A stretch of DNA of 64,000 nucleotides, taken from Utricularia gibba (taxonomy: Eukaryota > Plantae > Magnoliophyta). Below are positions 15,001-28,283 of this stretch, piece after piece. The DNA is taken from assembly GCA_002189035.1 (NCBI GenBank), contig NEEC01000030.1, positions 1 to 64,000 of the forward strand. Reading direction: 5' to 3'. A program made the translations under genes and the position numbers. Below the pieces are notes generated by a model. It saw nothing but the letters and a program-made list of their open reading frames with translations, was not told the origin of the DNA and searched no databases. Each line of letters opens with the position of its first letter. Position 1 is the stretch's first letter.

Positions 15001-18000
15001 GGCGGTCTTGGGGGGCACCTAGGGACAAAGGTCAGGTTGGGTTAGGGCGAAAGTTAGTTGTAGCCTGGCAACTAAAGCGATGCACTTATTAACGTTCGGT
15101 TTTCAGGGCTTCCTACAAGGTTTTTCAAGGAACAACTTCTCGTTTTGTGTCGGCCACTCTCACTGGGCACTTGGTCCGGCGCTGCGTTCGGTCCGGCTCA
15201 TGAGCCAACCGGGTGCGAGTCGACGAAAATAATGATGCATTTGTTTAAAGTAAGATGTCACGTGCACCCCACATGATTTTTTCAACAACTTACTTTATAC
15301 TTGAGGAGGCGGTCTTGGGCACCTAGAACGGGACAAAGTTTTCAGGTTGGGTTAGGGCAAAAGTTAGTTGTTCAGGAACAACTTCTCGTTTTGTGTCACT
15401 TATTAACGGGCACTTGGTTTCCGGCTTGCGTTCAGGTTTTTCAAGGAACAACTTCTCGTTTGTGTCGGCCACTCACTGGGCACTTGGTCCGGCGCTGCGT
15501 TCGGTCCGGCTCATGAGCCAACCGGGTGCGAGTCGACGAAAATAATGATGCATTTGTTTAAAGTAAGATGTCACGTGCACCCCAATGATTTTTTCAACAA
15601 CTTACTTTATACTTGAGGAGGCGGTCTTGGGGGGCACCTAGAACGGGACAAAGGTCAGGTTGGGTTAGGGCGAAAGTTAGTTGTAGCCTGGTAAAGCGAT
15701 GCACTTATTAACGTTCGGTTTTCAGGGGCTTCCTACAAGGTTTTTCAAGGAAACTTCTCGTTTTGTGTCGGCCACTCTCAGGGCACTTGGTCGGCGCTGC
15801 GTTCGGTCCGGCTCATGAGCCAACCGGTGCGAGTCGACGAAAATAATGATGCATTTGTTTAAAGTAAGATGTCACGTGCACCCCACATGATTTTTTCAAC
15901 AACTTACTTTATACTTGAGGAGGCGGTCTTGGGGGGCACCTAGAACGGGACAAAGGTCAGGTTGGGTTAGGGCCGAAAGTTAGTTGTAGCCTGGCAACTA
16001 AAGCGATGCACTTATTAACGTTCGGTTTTCAGGGGCTTCCTACAAGGTTTTTCAAGGAACAACTTCTCGTTTTGTGTCGGCCACTCACTGGGCACTTGGT
16101 CCGGCGCTGCGTTCGGTCCGGCTCATGAGCCAACCGGGTGCGAGTCGACGAAAATAATGATGCATTTGTTTAAAGTAAGATGTCACGTGCACCCCCATGA
16201 TTTTTTCAACAACTTACTTTATACTTGAGGAGGCGGTCTTGGGGGGCACCTAGAAGGGACAAAGGTCAGGTTGGGTTAGGGCGAAAGTTAGTTGTAGCCT
16301 GGCAACTAAAGCGATGCACTTATTAACGTTCGGTTTTCAGGGGCTTCCTACAAGGTTTTTCAAGGAACAACTTCTCGTTTTGTGTCGGCCACTCTCACTG
16401 GGCACTTGGTCGGCGCTGCGTTCGGTCCGGCTCATGAGCCCAACAGTCGACGAAAATAATGATGCATTTGTTTAAAGTAAGATGTCACGTGCACCCCACA
16501 TGATTTTTAACAACTTACTTTATACTTGAGGAGGCGGTCTTGGGGGGCACTAGAAGGGACAATCAGGTTGGGTTAGGGCCGAAAGTTAGTTGTAGCCTGG
16601 CAACTAAAGCGATGCACTTATTAACGTTCGGTTTTCAGGGGCTTCCTACAAGGTTTTTCAAGGAACAACTTCTCGTTTGTGTCGGCCACTCTATTGGTCG
16701 GCGCTGCGTTCGGTCCGGCTCATGAGCCCAACCGGTGCGAGTCGACGAAAATAATGATGCATTTGTTTAAAGTAAGATGTCACGTGCACCCACATGATTT
16801 TTTCAACAACTTACTTTATACTTGAGGAGGCGGTCTTGGGGGGCACCTAGAACGGGACAAAGGTCAGGTTGGGTTAGGGCCGAAAGTTAGTTGTAGCCTG
16901 GCAACTAAAGCGATGCACTTATTAACGTTCGGTTTTCAGGGGCTTCCTACAAGGTTTTTCAAGGAACAACTTCTCGTTTTGTGTCGGCCACTCTCACTGG
17001 GCACTTGGTCCGGCGCTGCGTTCGGTCCGGCTCATGAGCCAACCGGGTGCGAGTCGACGAAAATAATGATGCATTTGTTTAAAGTAAGATGTCACGTGCA
17101 CCCACATGATTTTTTCAACAACTTACTTTACTTGAGGAGGGGTCTTGGGGGGCACTAGAACGGGACAAAGGTCAGGTTGGGTTAGGGCCGAAAGTTGTAG
17201 CCTGGCAACTAAAGCGATGCACTTATTAACGTTCGGTTTTCAGGGTTCCTACAAGGTTTTTCAAGAACAACTTCTCGTTTTGTGTCGGCCACTCTCTGGG
17301 CACTTGGTCGGCGCTGCGTTTCGGTCCGGCTCATGAGCCCAACGGGTGCGAGTCGACGAAAATAATGATGCATTTGTTTAAAGTAATGTCACGTGCACCC
17401 CACATGATTTTTTCAACAACTTACTTTATACTTGAGGAGGCGGTCTTGGGGGGCACCTAGAGGGACAAAGGTCAGGTTGGGTTAGGGCCGAAAGTTAGTT
17501 GTAGCCTGGCAACTAAAGCGATGCACTTATTAACGTTCGGTTTTCAGGGGCTTCCTACAAGGTTTTTCAAGGAACAACTTCTCGTTTTGTGTCGGCCACT
17601 CTCACTGGGCACTTGGTCCGGCGCTGCGTTCGGTCCGGCTCATGAGCCAACCGGGTGCGAGTCGACGAAAATAATGATGCATTTGTTTAAAGTAAGATGT
17701 CACGTGCACCCCACATGATTTTTTCAACAACTTACTTTATACTTGAGGAGGCGGTCTTGGGGGGCACCTAGAACGGGACAAAGGTCAGGTTGGGTTAGGG
17801 CCGAAAGTTAGTTGTAGCCTGGCAACTAAAGCGATGCACTTATTAACGTTCGGTTTTCAGGGGCTTCCTACAAGGTTTTTCAAGGAAAACTTCTCGTTTT
17901 GTGTCGGCCACTCTCACTGGGCACTTGGTCCGGCGCTGCGTTCGGTCCGGCTCATGAGCCCAACCGGTGCGAGTCGACGAAAAATAATGATGCATTTGTT

Positions 18001-21000
18001 TAAAGTAAGATGTCACGTGCACCCACATGATTTTTTCAACAACTTACTTTATACTTGAGGAGGCGGTCTTGGGGGCACCTAGAACGGGACAAAGGTCAGG
18101 TTGGGTTAGGGCCGAAAGTTAGTTGTAGCCTGGCAACTAAAGCGATGCACTTATTAACGTTCGGTTTTCAGGGGCTTCCTACAAGGTTTTTCAAGGAACA
18201 ACTTCTCGTTTTGTGTCGGCCACTTCACTGGGCACTTGGTCCGGCGCTGCGTTCGGTCCGGCTCATGAGCCCAACGGGTGCGAGTCGACGAAAATAATGA
18301 TGCATTTGTTTAAAGTAAGATGTCACGTGCACCCACATGATTTTTTTCAACAACTTACTTTATACTTGAGGAGGCGGTCTTGGGGGCACCTAGAAGGGAC
18401 AAAGGTCAGGTTGGGTTAGGGCCGAAAGTTAGTTGTAGCCTGGCAACTAAAGCGATGCACTTATTAACGTTCGGTTTTCAGGGCTTCCTACAAGGTTTTT
18501 CAAGGAACAACTTCTCGTTTGTGTCGGCCACTCTCACTGGGCACTTGGTCGGCGCTGCGTTCGGTCCGGCTCATGAGCCCAACCGGGTGCGAGTCGACGA
18601 AAATAATGATGCATTTGTTTAAAGTGTCACGTGCACCCACATGATTTTTTCAACAACTTACTTTATACTTGAGGAGGCGGTCTTGGGGGGCACCTAGAAC
18701 GGGACAAAGGTCAGGTTGGGTTAGGGCCGAAAGTTAGTTGTAGCCTGGCAACTAAAGCGATGCACTTATTAACGTTCGGTTTTCAGGGGCTTCCTACAAG
18801 GTTTTTCAAGGAACAACTTCTCGTTTTGTGTCGGCCACTCTCACTGGGCACTTGTCCGGCGCTGCGTTCGGTCCGGCTCATGAGCCCAAGGGTGCGAGTC
18901 GACGAAAATAATGATGCATTTGTTAAAGTAAGATGTCACGTGCACCACATGATTTTTTCAACAACTTACTTTATACTTGAGGAGGCGGTCTTGGGGGCAC
19001 CTAGAACGGGACAAGGTCAGGTTGGGTTAGGGCCGAAAGTTAGTTGTAGCCTGCAACTAAAGCGATGCACTTATTAACGTTCGGTTTTCAGGGGCTTCCT
19101 ACAAGGTTTTTCAAGGAACAACTTCTCGTTTTGTGTCGGCCACTCTCACTGGGCACTTGGTCCGGGCGCTGCGTTCGGTCACGTGCACCCCACATGATTT
19201 TTTCAACAACTTACTTTATACTTGAGGAGGCGGTCTTGGGGGCACCTAGAACGGGACAAAGGTCAGGTTGGGTTAGGCCGAAAGTTAGTTTAGCCTGGCA
19301 ACTAAAGCGATGCACTTATTAACGTTCGTTTTCAGGGCTTCCTACAAGGTTTTCAAGGAACAACTTCTCGTTTTGTGTCGGCCACTCTCACTGGGCACTT
19401 GGTCCGCGCTGCGTTCGGTCCGCTCATAGTGTGCGAGTCGACGAAAATAATGATGCATTTGTTTAAAGTAAGATGTCACGTGCACCCCACATGATTTTTT
19501 CAACAACTTACTTTATACTTGAGGAGGCGGTCTTGGGGGGCACCTAGAACGGGACAAAGGTCAGGTTGGGTTAGGGCCGAAAGTTAGTTGTAGCCTGGCA
19601 ACTAAAGCGATGCACTTATTAACGTTCGGTTTTCAGGGCTTCCTACAAGGTTTTTCAAGGAACAACTTCTCGTTTTGTGTCGGCCACTCTCACTGGGCAC
19701 TTGGTCCGCGCTGCGTTCGGTCCGGCTCATGAGCCCAACCGGGTGCGAGTCGACGAAAATAATGATGCATTTGTTTAAAGTAAGATGTCACGTGCACCCC
19801 ACATGATTTTTTCAACAACTTACTTTATACTTGAGGAGGCGGTCTTGGGGCACCTAGAACGGGACAAAGGTCAGGTTGGTTAGGGCCGAAAGTTAGTTGT
19901 AGCCTGGCAACTAAAGCGATGCACTTATTAACGTTCGGTTTTCAGGGCTTCCTACAAGGTTTTTCAAGGAACAACTTCTCGTTTTGTGTCGGCCACTCTC
20001 ACTGGGCACTTGGTCCGGCGCTGCGTTCGGTCCGGCTCATGAGCCCAACCGGTGCGAGTCGACGAAAATAATGATGCATTTGTTTAAAGTAAGATGTCAC
20101 GTGCACCCCACATGATTTTTTCAACAACTTACTTTATACTTGAGGAGGCGGTCTTGGGGCACCTAGAACGGGACAAGGTCAGGTTGGTTAGGCCGAAAGT
20201 TAGTTGTAGCCTGGCAACTAAAGCGATGCACTTATTAACGTTCGGTTTTCAGGGCTTCCTACAAGGTTTTTCAAGGAACAACTTCTCGTTTTGTGTCGGC
20301 CACTCTCACTGGGCACTTGGTCCGCGCTGCGTTCGGTCCGGCTCATGAGCCCAACCGGGTGCGAGTCGACGAAAATAATGATGCATTTGTTTAAAGTAAG
20401 ATGTCACGTGCACCCCACATGATTTTTTCAACAACTTACTTTATACTTGGAGGCGGTCTTGGGGGCACCTAGAACGGGACAAAGGTCAGTTGGGTTAGGG
20501 CCGAAAGTTAGTTGTAGCCTGGCAACTAAAGCGATGCACTTATTAACGTTCGGTTTTCAGGGCTTCCTACAAGGTTTTTCAAGGAACAACTTCTCGTTTT
20601 GTGTCGGCCACTCTCACTGGGCACTTGTCCGGCGCTGCGTTCGGTCCGGCTCATGAGCCCAACCGGGTGCGAGTCGACGAAAATAATGATGCATTTGTTT
20701 AAAGTAAGATGTCACGTGCACCCCACATGATTTTTTCAACAACTTACTTTATACTTGAGGAGGCCTTGGGGGCACCTAGAACGGACAAAGGTCAGGGTTA
20801 GGGCCGAAAGTTAGTTGTAGCCTGGCAACTAAAGCGATGCACTTATTAACGTTCGGTTTTCAGGGCTTCCTACAAGTTTTTCAAGGAACAACTTCTCGTT
20901 TTGTGTCGGCCACTCTCACTGGGCACTTGGTCCGGCGCTGCGTTCGGTCCGGCTCATGAGCCCAACCGGGTGCGAGTCGACGAAAATAATGATGCATTTG

Positions 21001-22600
21001 TTTAAAGTAAGATGTCACGTGCACCCCACATGATTTTTTCAACAACTTACTTTATACTTGAGGCGGTCTTGGGGGCACCTAGGGGACAAAGGTCAGGTTG
21101 GGTTAGGCCGAAAGTTAGTTGTAGCCTGGCAACTAAAGCGATGCACTTATTAACGTTCGGTTTTCAGGGCTTCCTACAAGGTTTTTCAAGGAACAACTTC
21201 TCGTTTTGTGTCGGCCACTCTCACTGGCACTTGGTCCGGCGCTGCGTTCGGTCCGGCTCATGAGCCCAACCGGGTGCGAGTCGACGAAAATAATGATGCA
21301 TTTGTTTAAAGTAAGATGTCACGTGCACCCACATGATTTTTTCAACAACTTACTTTATACTTGAGGAGCGGTCTTGGGGGCACCTAGAACGGGACAAAGT
21401 CAGGTTGGTTAGGGCCGAAAGTTAGTTGTAGCCTGGCAACTAAAGCGATGCACTTATTAACGTTCGGTTTTCAGGGCTTCCTACAAGGTTTTTCAAGGAA
21501 CAACTTCTCGTTTTTGTGTCGGCCACTCTCACTGGCACTTGGTCCGGCGCTGCGTTCGGTCCGGCTCATGAGCCCAACCGGTGCGAGTCGACGAAAATAA
21601 TGATGCATTTGTTTAAAGTAAGATGTCACGTGCACCCCACATGATTTTTTCAACAACTTACTTTATACTTGAGGAGGTCTTGGGGCACCTAGAACGGACA
21701 AAGGTCAGTTGGTTAGGGCCGAAAGTTAGTTGTAGCCTGGCAACTAAAGCGATGCACTTATTAACGTTCGGTTTTCAGGGGCTTCCTACAAGGTTTTTCA
21801 AGGAACAACTTCTCGTTTTGTGTCGGCCACTCTCACTGGCACTTGGTCCGGCGCTGCGTTCGGTCCGGCTCATGAGCCCAACCGGGTGCGAGTCGACGAA
21901 AATAATGATGCATTTGTTTAAAGTAAGATGTCACGTGCACCCCACATGATTTTTTCAACAACTTACTTTATACTTGAGGAGGCGGTCTTGGGGCACCTAG
22001 GGACAAAGTCAGGTTGGTTAGGCCGAAAGTTAGTTGTAGCCTGGCAACTAAAGCGATGCACTTATTAACGTTCGGTTTTCAGGGCTTCCTACAAGGTTTT
22101 TCAAGAACAACTTCTCTTTTGTGTCGGCCACTCTCACTGGCACTTGTCCGGCGCTGCGTTCGGTCCGGCTCATGAGCCCAACCGGGTGCGAGTCGACGAA
22201 AATAATGATGCATTTGTTTAAAGTAAGATGTCACGTGCACCCCACATGATTTTTTCAACAACTTACTTTATACTTGAGGAGCGGTCTTGGGGCACCTAGA
22301 ACGGGACAAAGGTCAGGTTGGGTTAGGCCGAAAGTTAGTTGTAGCCTGGCAACTAAAGCGATGCACTTATTAACGTTCGGTTTTCAGGGGCTTCCTACAA
22401 GGTTTTTCAAGGAACAACTTCTCGTTTTGTGTCGGCCACTCTCACTGGGCACTTGGTCCGGCGCTGCGTTCGGTCCGGATCATGAGCCCAACCGGGTGCG
22501 ATCGACGAAAATAATGATGCATTTGTTTAAAGTAAGATGTCACGTGCACCCCACATGATTTTTTCAACAACTTACTTTATACTTGAGGAGGCGTCTTGGG
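1..22600 (+). repeat. Young, homogenised core layer of the satellite (~73 monomers)
   Basis: Monomers differ almost only by 1-3 bp indels in G/T/C runs; substitutions are rare; CpG sites are intact. A patch of scrambled monomers lies at ~11,085-15,480. Confidence 0.95.
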
Positions 22601-23549
22601 GGCACCTAGAACCGGACAAAGGTCAGGTTGGGTTACGGCCGAAAGTTAGTTGTAGTCTGGCAAGTAAAGCGATGCACTTATTAACGTTCGTTTTTTCGGG
22701 CGCTGCCTACAAGGTTTTTCAAGGAACAGCTTCTCGTTTTGTGTCGGCCACTTTAACTGAGCACTTGGTCAAGCCCTCCGTTCGGTCCGGCTCATGAGCC
22801 CAACCGAGTGCGAGTCGACGAAAATAATGATGCGTTTCTTTAAAGTAAGATGTCACGTGCACCCCACATGATTTTTTCAACAACTTACTTTATACTTGAG
22901 GAGGCGGTCTTGGGGAGCACCTGGTAAGGGACAATGGTCAGGTTGGGCCTGGGACGAAAGTTAGTTGTAGCCTCGCAAATAAAGTGATGCATTTATTAAC
23001 GTTCGTTTTTCGGGCGCTGCCTACAAGGTTTTTCAAGGAACAGCTTCTCGTTTTTGTGTCGGCCACTTTAACTGGGCACTTGGTCAAGCCCTCTTCGGTC
23101 CGGCTCATGAGCCCAACCGGGTGCGAGTCACGAAAATAATGATGCATTTGTTTAAAGTAAGATGTCACGTGCACCCCACATGATTTTTTCAACAACCTAC
23201 TTTATACTTGAGGAGGCGGTCTTGGGGGGCACCTAGAACGGGACAAAGGTCAGGTTGGGTTAGGGCCAAAAGTTAGTTGTAGCCTGGCAACTAAAGTGAT
23301 GCACTTATTAACGTTCGGTTTTTCAGGGGCTTCCTACAAGGTTTTTCAAGGAACAACTTCTCATTTTCTGTCGGCCACTCTCACTGGGCACTTGGTCCGG
23401 CGCTGCGTTCGGTCCGGCTCATGAGCCCAACCGGGTGCGAGTCGACGAAAATAATGATGCATTTGTTTAAAGTAAGATGTCACGTGCTCCCCACATGATT
23501 TTTTCAACAACTTACTTTATACTTGAGGAGGCGGTCTTGGGGCACTAGA

Positions 23550-26500
23550 ACGTATTTATTAACGTTCGGTTTCGGGGGCTGCCTACATGGTTTTTCAAAG
23601 AAAAGCTTCTCGTTTTTTTGTGGCGGGCACTCTCGCTAAGCACTTGGTCGGGCCCCCGTTTTCCGGCTCATGAGCCCAACCGTATGCGAGTCGACAAAAA
23701 TAATGAAGAATTTGTTTAAATTACGCTGCCACGTGCACCCCACATGATTTATTCAACAACATACTTTATACATGAGGAGGCGGTCTCGGGGGCACCTGGA
23801 AAAGGACAAAGTTCAGGTTGGGCTTGGGCCGCAAGTTAGTTGTAGCCCGGCAAATAAAGTGATGTATTTATTAACGTTCGGTTTTCGGGGCTGCCTACAT
23901 GGTTTTTCAAAGAAAAGCTTCTCGTTTTGTGGCGGGCACTCTCGCTAAGCACTTGGTCGGGCCCCCGTTTTTTGCTCATGAGGCACACCGCGTGCAAGTC
24001 GACGAAAATAATGATGCATTTGTTTAAATTACGATGTCACGTGCACCCACATGATGATTTCAACAACTTACTTTATACTTGAGGAGGCTGTCTTGGCGGG
24101 CACCTGGAACTGGACAAAGTTCAGGTTGGGCTTGGGCCAAAAGTTAGTTGTAGCCTGGCAAATAAAGTGATGTATTTATTAACGTTCAGTTTTCGGGGGC
24201 TACCTACATGGTTTTTCAAGGAACAGCTTCTCGTTTTGTGGCGGTCATTCTCGGTGGGTACTTGGTACGAGCCCCCGATTCTTTATTGCTCATGAGGTCA
24301 CCGGGTGCAAATCAATGAACATAATGATGCATTTATTTAAATTACGATATCACGTGCACCCCACATGATTTTTTCAACAACTCACTTTATACTTCAGGAG
24401 GCGGTCATGGGGGTACCTGGAACAGGACAAAGTTCAGGTTGGGCTTGGGCCAAAAGTTAGTTGTAGCCCCGCAAATAAAGTGATGTATTTATTAACGTTC
24501 GGTTTTCGGGGGCTGCCTACATGGTTTTTCAAAGAAAAGCTTCTCGTTTTGTGGCGGGCACTCTCACTAAGCACTTGGTCGGGCCCCCCGTTTTGTCCGG
24601 CTCATGAGCCCAACCGTATGCGAGTCGACAAAAATAATGAAGAATTTGTTTAAATTACGCTGCCATATGCACCCCACATGATTTATTCAACAACATACTT
24701 TATATGAGGAGGCGGTCTCGGGGGCACCTGGAAAAGGACAAAGTTCAGGTTGGGCTTGGGCCGCAAGTTAGTTGTAGCCCGGCAAATAAAGTGATGCATA
24801 TATTAACGTTGGGCTTTCGTGGACTTCCTACATGATTTTTCAAGGAACAGCTTCTCGTTTTGTGGCAACCAGTCTCCCTGTGAACTTTGTCCAGGACCCC
24901 GATTATGTATGGCTCATGACGTCAACCGGATACAAATCGATGAAAACAATGATGCATTCGTTTAAATTACGATATCACGTGCACTCCACATGATCTTTTA
25001 AACAACATACTTTATACTCTAGGAGCCGGTCTTGGGGCGCAACTTGAACGGGACAAAGGTCAGGTTGGGCGTGGGCATAAAGTTAGGTGTAGCCTGGCAA
25101 ATAAAGTGATGCATTTATTAACGTTCGGTTTTCGGGGGCTGCCTACATGGTTTTTGAGGGAATTGCTTCTCATTTTGTGGCGGCCACTCTCGCTGGGCTC
25201 ATGAGCCGGACCGGGTGTGCAAGTCGACGAAAATAATGATGCATTTGTTAAATTACGATGCCACGTGCACCCTAAATGATTTTTTCAACAACTTACTTTA
25301 TACATGAGGGGGCGGTTTTGGGGGGCATCTGGAATGGGACAAAGGTCAGGTTGGGCCTTGGCCGAAAGTCAGTTGTAGCCTTGCAAATAAAGTGATGCAT
25401 TTATTAACGTTGGGCTTTCGAGGGCTGCCTACATGGTTTTTCAAGGAACAGCTTCTCATTTTGTGGCAGCCAGTGTCGATGGGAACTTTGTCCAGAACCC
25501 CGATTATGTATGGCTCATGAGGTCAACCGGATGCAAATCGATGAAAACAATGATTCATTTGTTTAATATACGATATCACGTGCACCCAACGTGATTTTTT
25601 CAACAGCTTACTTTATACTTGAGGAGGCGGTCTTGGGGGCACCTGGAATAGCACAAAGTTCAGGTTTGGCTTGGGCCAAAAGTTAGTTGTAGCCCGGCAA
25701 ATAAAGTGATGTTTTATTAACGTTCGGTTTTCGGGGGCTCCCTACATGGTTTTTCAAGGAACAGCTTCTTTTTTTTGGCGGCCACTCTCGATGGGCACTT
25801 GGTCGGGCCCCCTGTTCGGTCCGGCTCATGAGGCCAACCGGGTGCGAGTCGACGAAAATAAATATGCATTTGTTGAAATTACGATGCCAGTGCACCCACA
25901 TGATTTATTCAACAACATACTTTATACTTGAGGAGGTAGTCTTGAAGGGCACCTGGAACGGGACAAAGGTCAGGTTGGGCTATGGCCGAAAGTCAGTTGT
26001 AGCCTGGCATATAAAGTGATGCATTTATTAAGGTTGGGCTTTCGTGGGCTTCCTACTTGGTTTTTCAAGGAACAGCTTCTCGTTTTGTGGCAACCAGTCT
26101 CGTTGTGAACTTTCTCCAAGACCATGATTATGTATGGCTCATGAGGTCAACCGGATGCAAATCGATGAAAACAATGATGCATTTGTTTAAATTACGATAT
26201 CACGTGCACCCCACATGATCTTTTCAACAACATACTTTATACTCTAGGAGGCGGTCTTGGGTGGCACCTTGAACGGAAAAAGGTAAGGCTGGGCTTGGGC
26301 CAAAAGTTAGTTGTAGCCTGGAAAATACAGTAATGTATTTACTAACGTTCGGTTTTCGGGGCTCCTACATGGTTCTTCAAGGAACAGCTTCTCATTTTGT
26401 GGCGGCCACTCTCGATGGGCACTTGGTGGGGCTCCCCGTTCGGTCCGGCTCATGAGGCCAACCGGGTGCGAGTCGACGAAAATAACATACTTCATTGTTG

Positions 26501-28283
26501 AGGAGGCGGTCATGGGGGCACCTCGAACAGGACAAAGGTCAGGTTGGGCGTGGGCATAAAGTTAGGTGTAGCCTGGCAAATAAAGTGATGCATTTATTAA
26601 CGTTCGGTTTTCGGGGGCTGCCTACATGGTTTTTGAGGGAATAGCTTCTCATTTTGTGGCGGCCACTCTCGCTGGGCTCATGAGCCGGACCGGGTGCAAG
26701 TCGACGAAAATAATGATGCATTTGTTTAAATTACGATGCCACGTGCACCCTAAATGATTTTTTCAACAACTTACTTTATACATGAGGGGGCGGTTTTGGG
26801 GGGCACCTGGAATGGGACAAAGGTCAGGTTGGGCTATGGCCGAAAGTCAGTTGTAGCCTGGCATATAAAGTGATGCATTTATTAACGTTGGGCTTTCGTG
26901 GGCTTCCTACTTGGTTTTTCAAGGAACAGCTTCTCGTTTTGTGGCAACCAGTCTCGTTGTGAACTTTCTCCAAGACCATGATTATGTATGGCTCATGAGG
27001 TCAACCGGATGCAAATCGATGAAAACAATGATGCATTTGTTTAAATTACGATATCACGTGCACCCCACATGATCTTTTCAACAACATACTTTATACTTTA
27101 GGAGGCGGTCTTGGGTGGCACCTTGAACGGAAAAAGGTAAGGCTGGGCTTGGGCCAAAAGTTAGTTGTAGCCTGGAAAATACAGTAATGTATTTACTAAC
27201 GTTCGGTTTTCGGGGGCTCCCTACATGGTTCTTCAAGGAACAGCTTCTCATTTTGTGGCGGCCACTCTCGATGGGCACTTGGTGGGGCTCCCCGTTCGGT
27301 CCGGCTCATGAGGCCAACCGGGTGCGAGTCGACGAAAATAACATACTTCATTGTTGAGGAGGCGGTCATGGGGGGCACCTCGAACAGGACAAAGGTCAGG
27401 TTGGGCGTGGGCATAAAGTTAGGTGTAGCCTGGCAAATAAAGTGATGCATTTATTAACGTTCGGTTTTGGGGGCTGCCTACATGGTTTTTGAGGGAATAG
27501 CTTCTCATTTTGTGGCGGCCACTCTCGCTGGGCTCATGAGCCGGACCGGGTGCAAGTCGACGAAAATAATGATGCATTTGTTTAAATTACGATGCCACGT
27601 GCACCCTAAATGATTTTTTCAACAACTTACTTTATACATGAGGGGGCGGTTTTGGGGGGCACCTGGAATGGGACAAAGGTCAGGTTGGGCCTTGGCCGAA
27701 AGTCAGTTGTAGCCTTGCAAATAAAGTGATGCATTTATTAACGTTGGGCTTTCGAGGGCTGCCTACATGGTTTTTCAAGGAACAGCTTCTCATTTTGTGG
27801 CAGCCAGTGTCGATGGGAACTTTGTCCAGAACCCCGATTATGTATGGCTCATGAGGTCAACCGGATGCAAATCGATGAAAACAATGATTCATTTGTTTAA
27901 TATACGATATCACGTGCACCCAACGTGATTTTTTCAACAGCTTACTTTATACTTGAGGAGGCGGTCTTGGGGGGCACCTGGAATAGCACAAAGTTCAGGT
28001 TTGGCTTGGGCCAAAAGTTAGTTGTAGCCCGGCAAATAAAGTGATGTTTTTATTAACGTTCGGTTTTCGGGGGCTCCCTACATGGTTTTTCAAGGAACAG
28101 CTTCTCGTTTTGTGGCGGCCACTCTCGCTGGATACTTGGTCGGGCCCCCCATTCGGTCCGGCTCATGAGGCCAACCGAGTGAGAGTTGACGAAAATAATA
28201 ATGCATTTGTTTAAGTTGCGATGTCACATGCACCCCATATGGCTTTTTCAACAACATGCTTTATACTTGTGAAGGCACTCTCG
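23550..28283 (+). repeat. Diverged satellite layer with higher-order repeat structure
   Basis: Distinct monomer variants recur in a fixed order. For example, the variant with gggcgtgggcataaagttagg and an internal deletion occurs at ~25,036, 26,514 and 27,370. Confidence 0.9.

Noticed and set aside
1-22600. CRISPR-like regular repetition
   Set aside because: Whole 311-bp units repeat with no unique spacers, there are no cas genes, and the context is eukaryotic.
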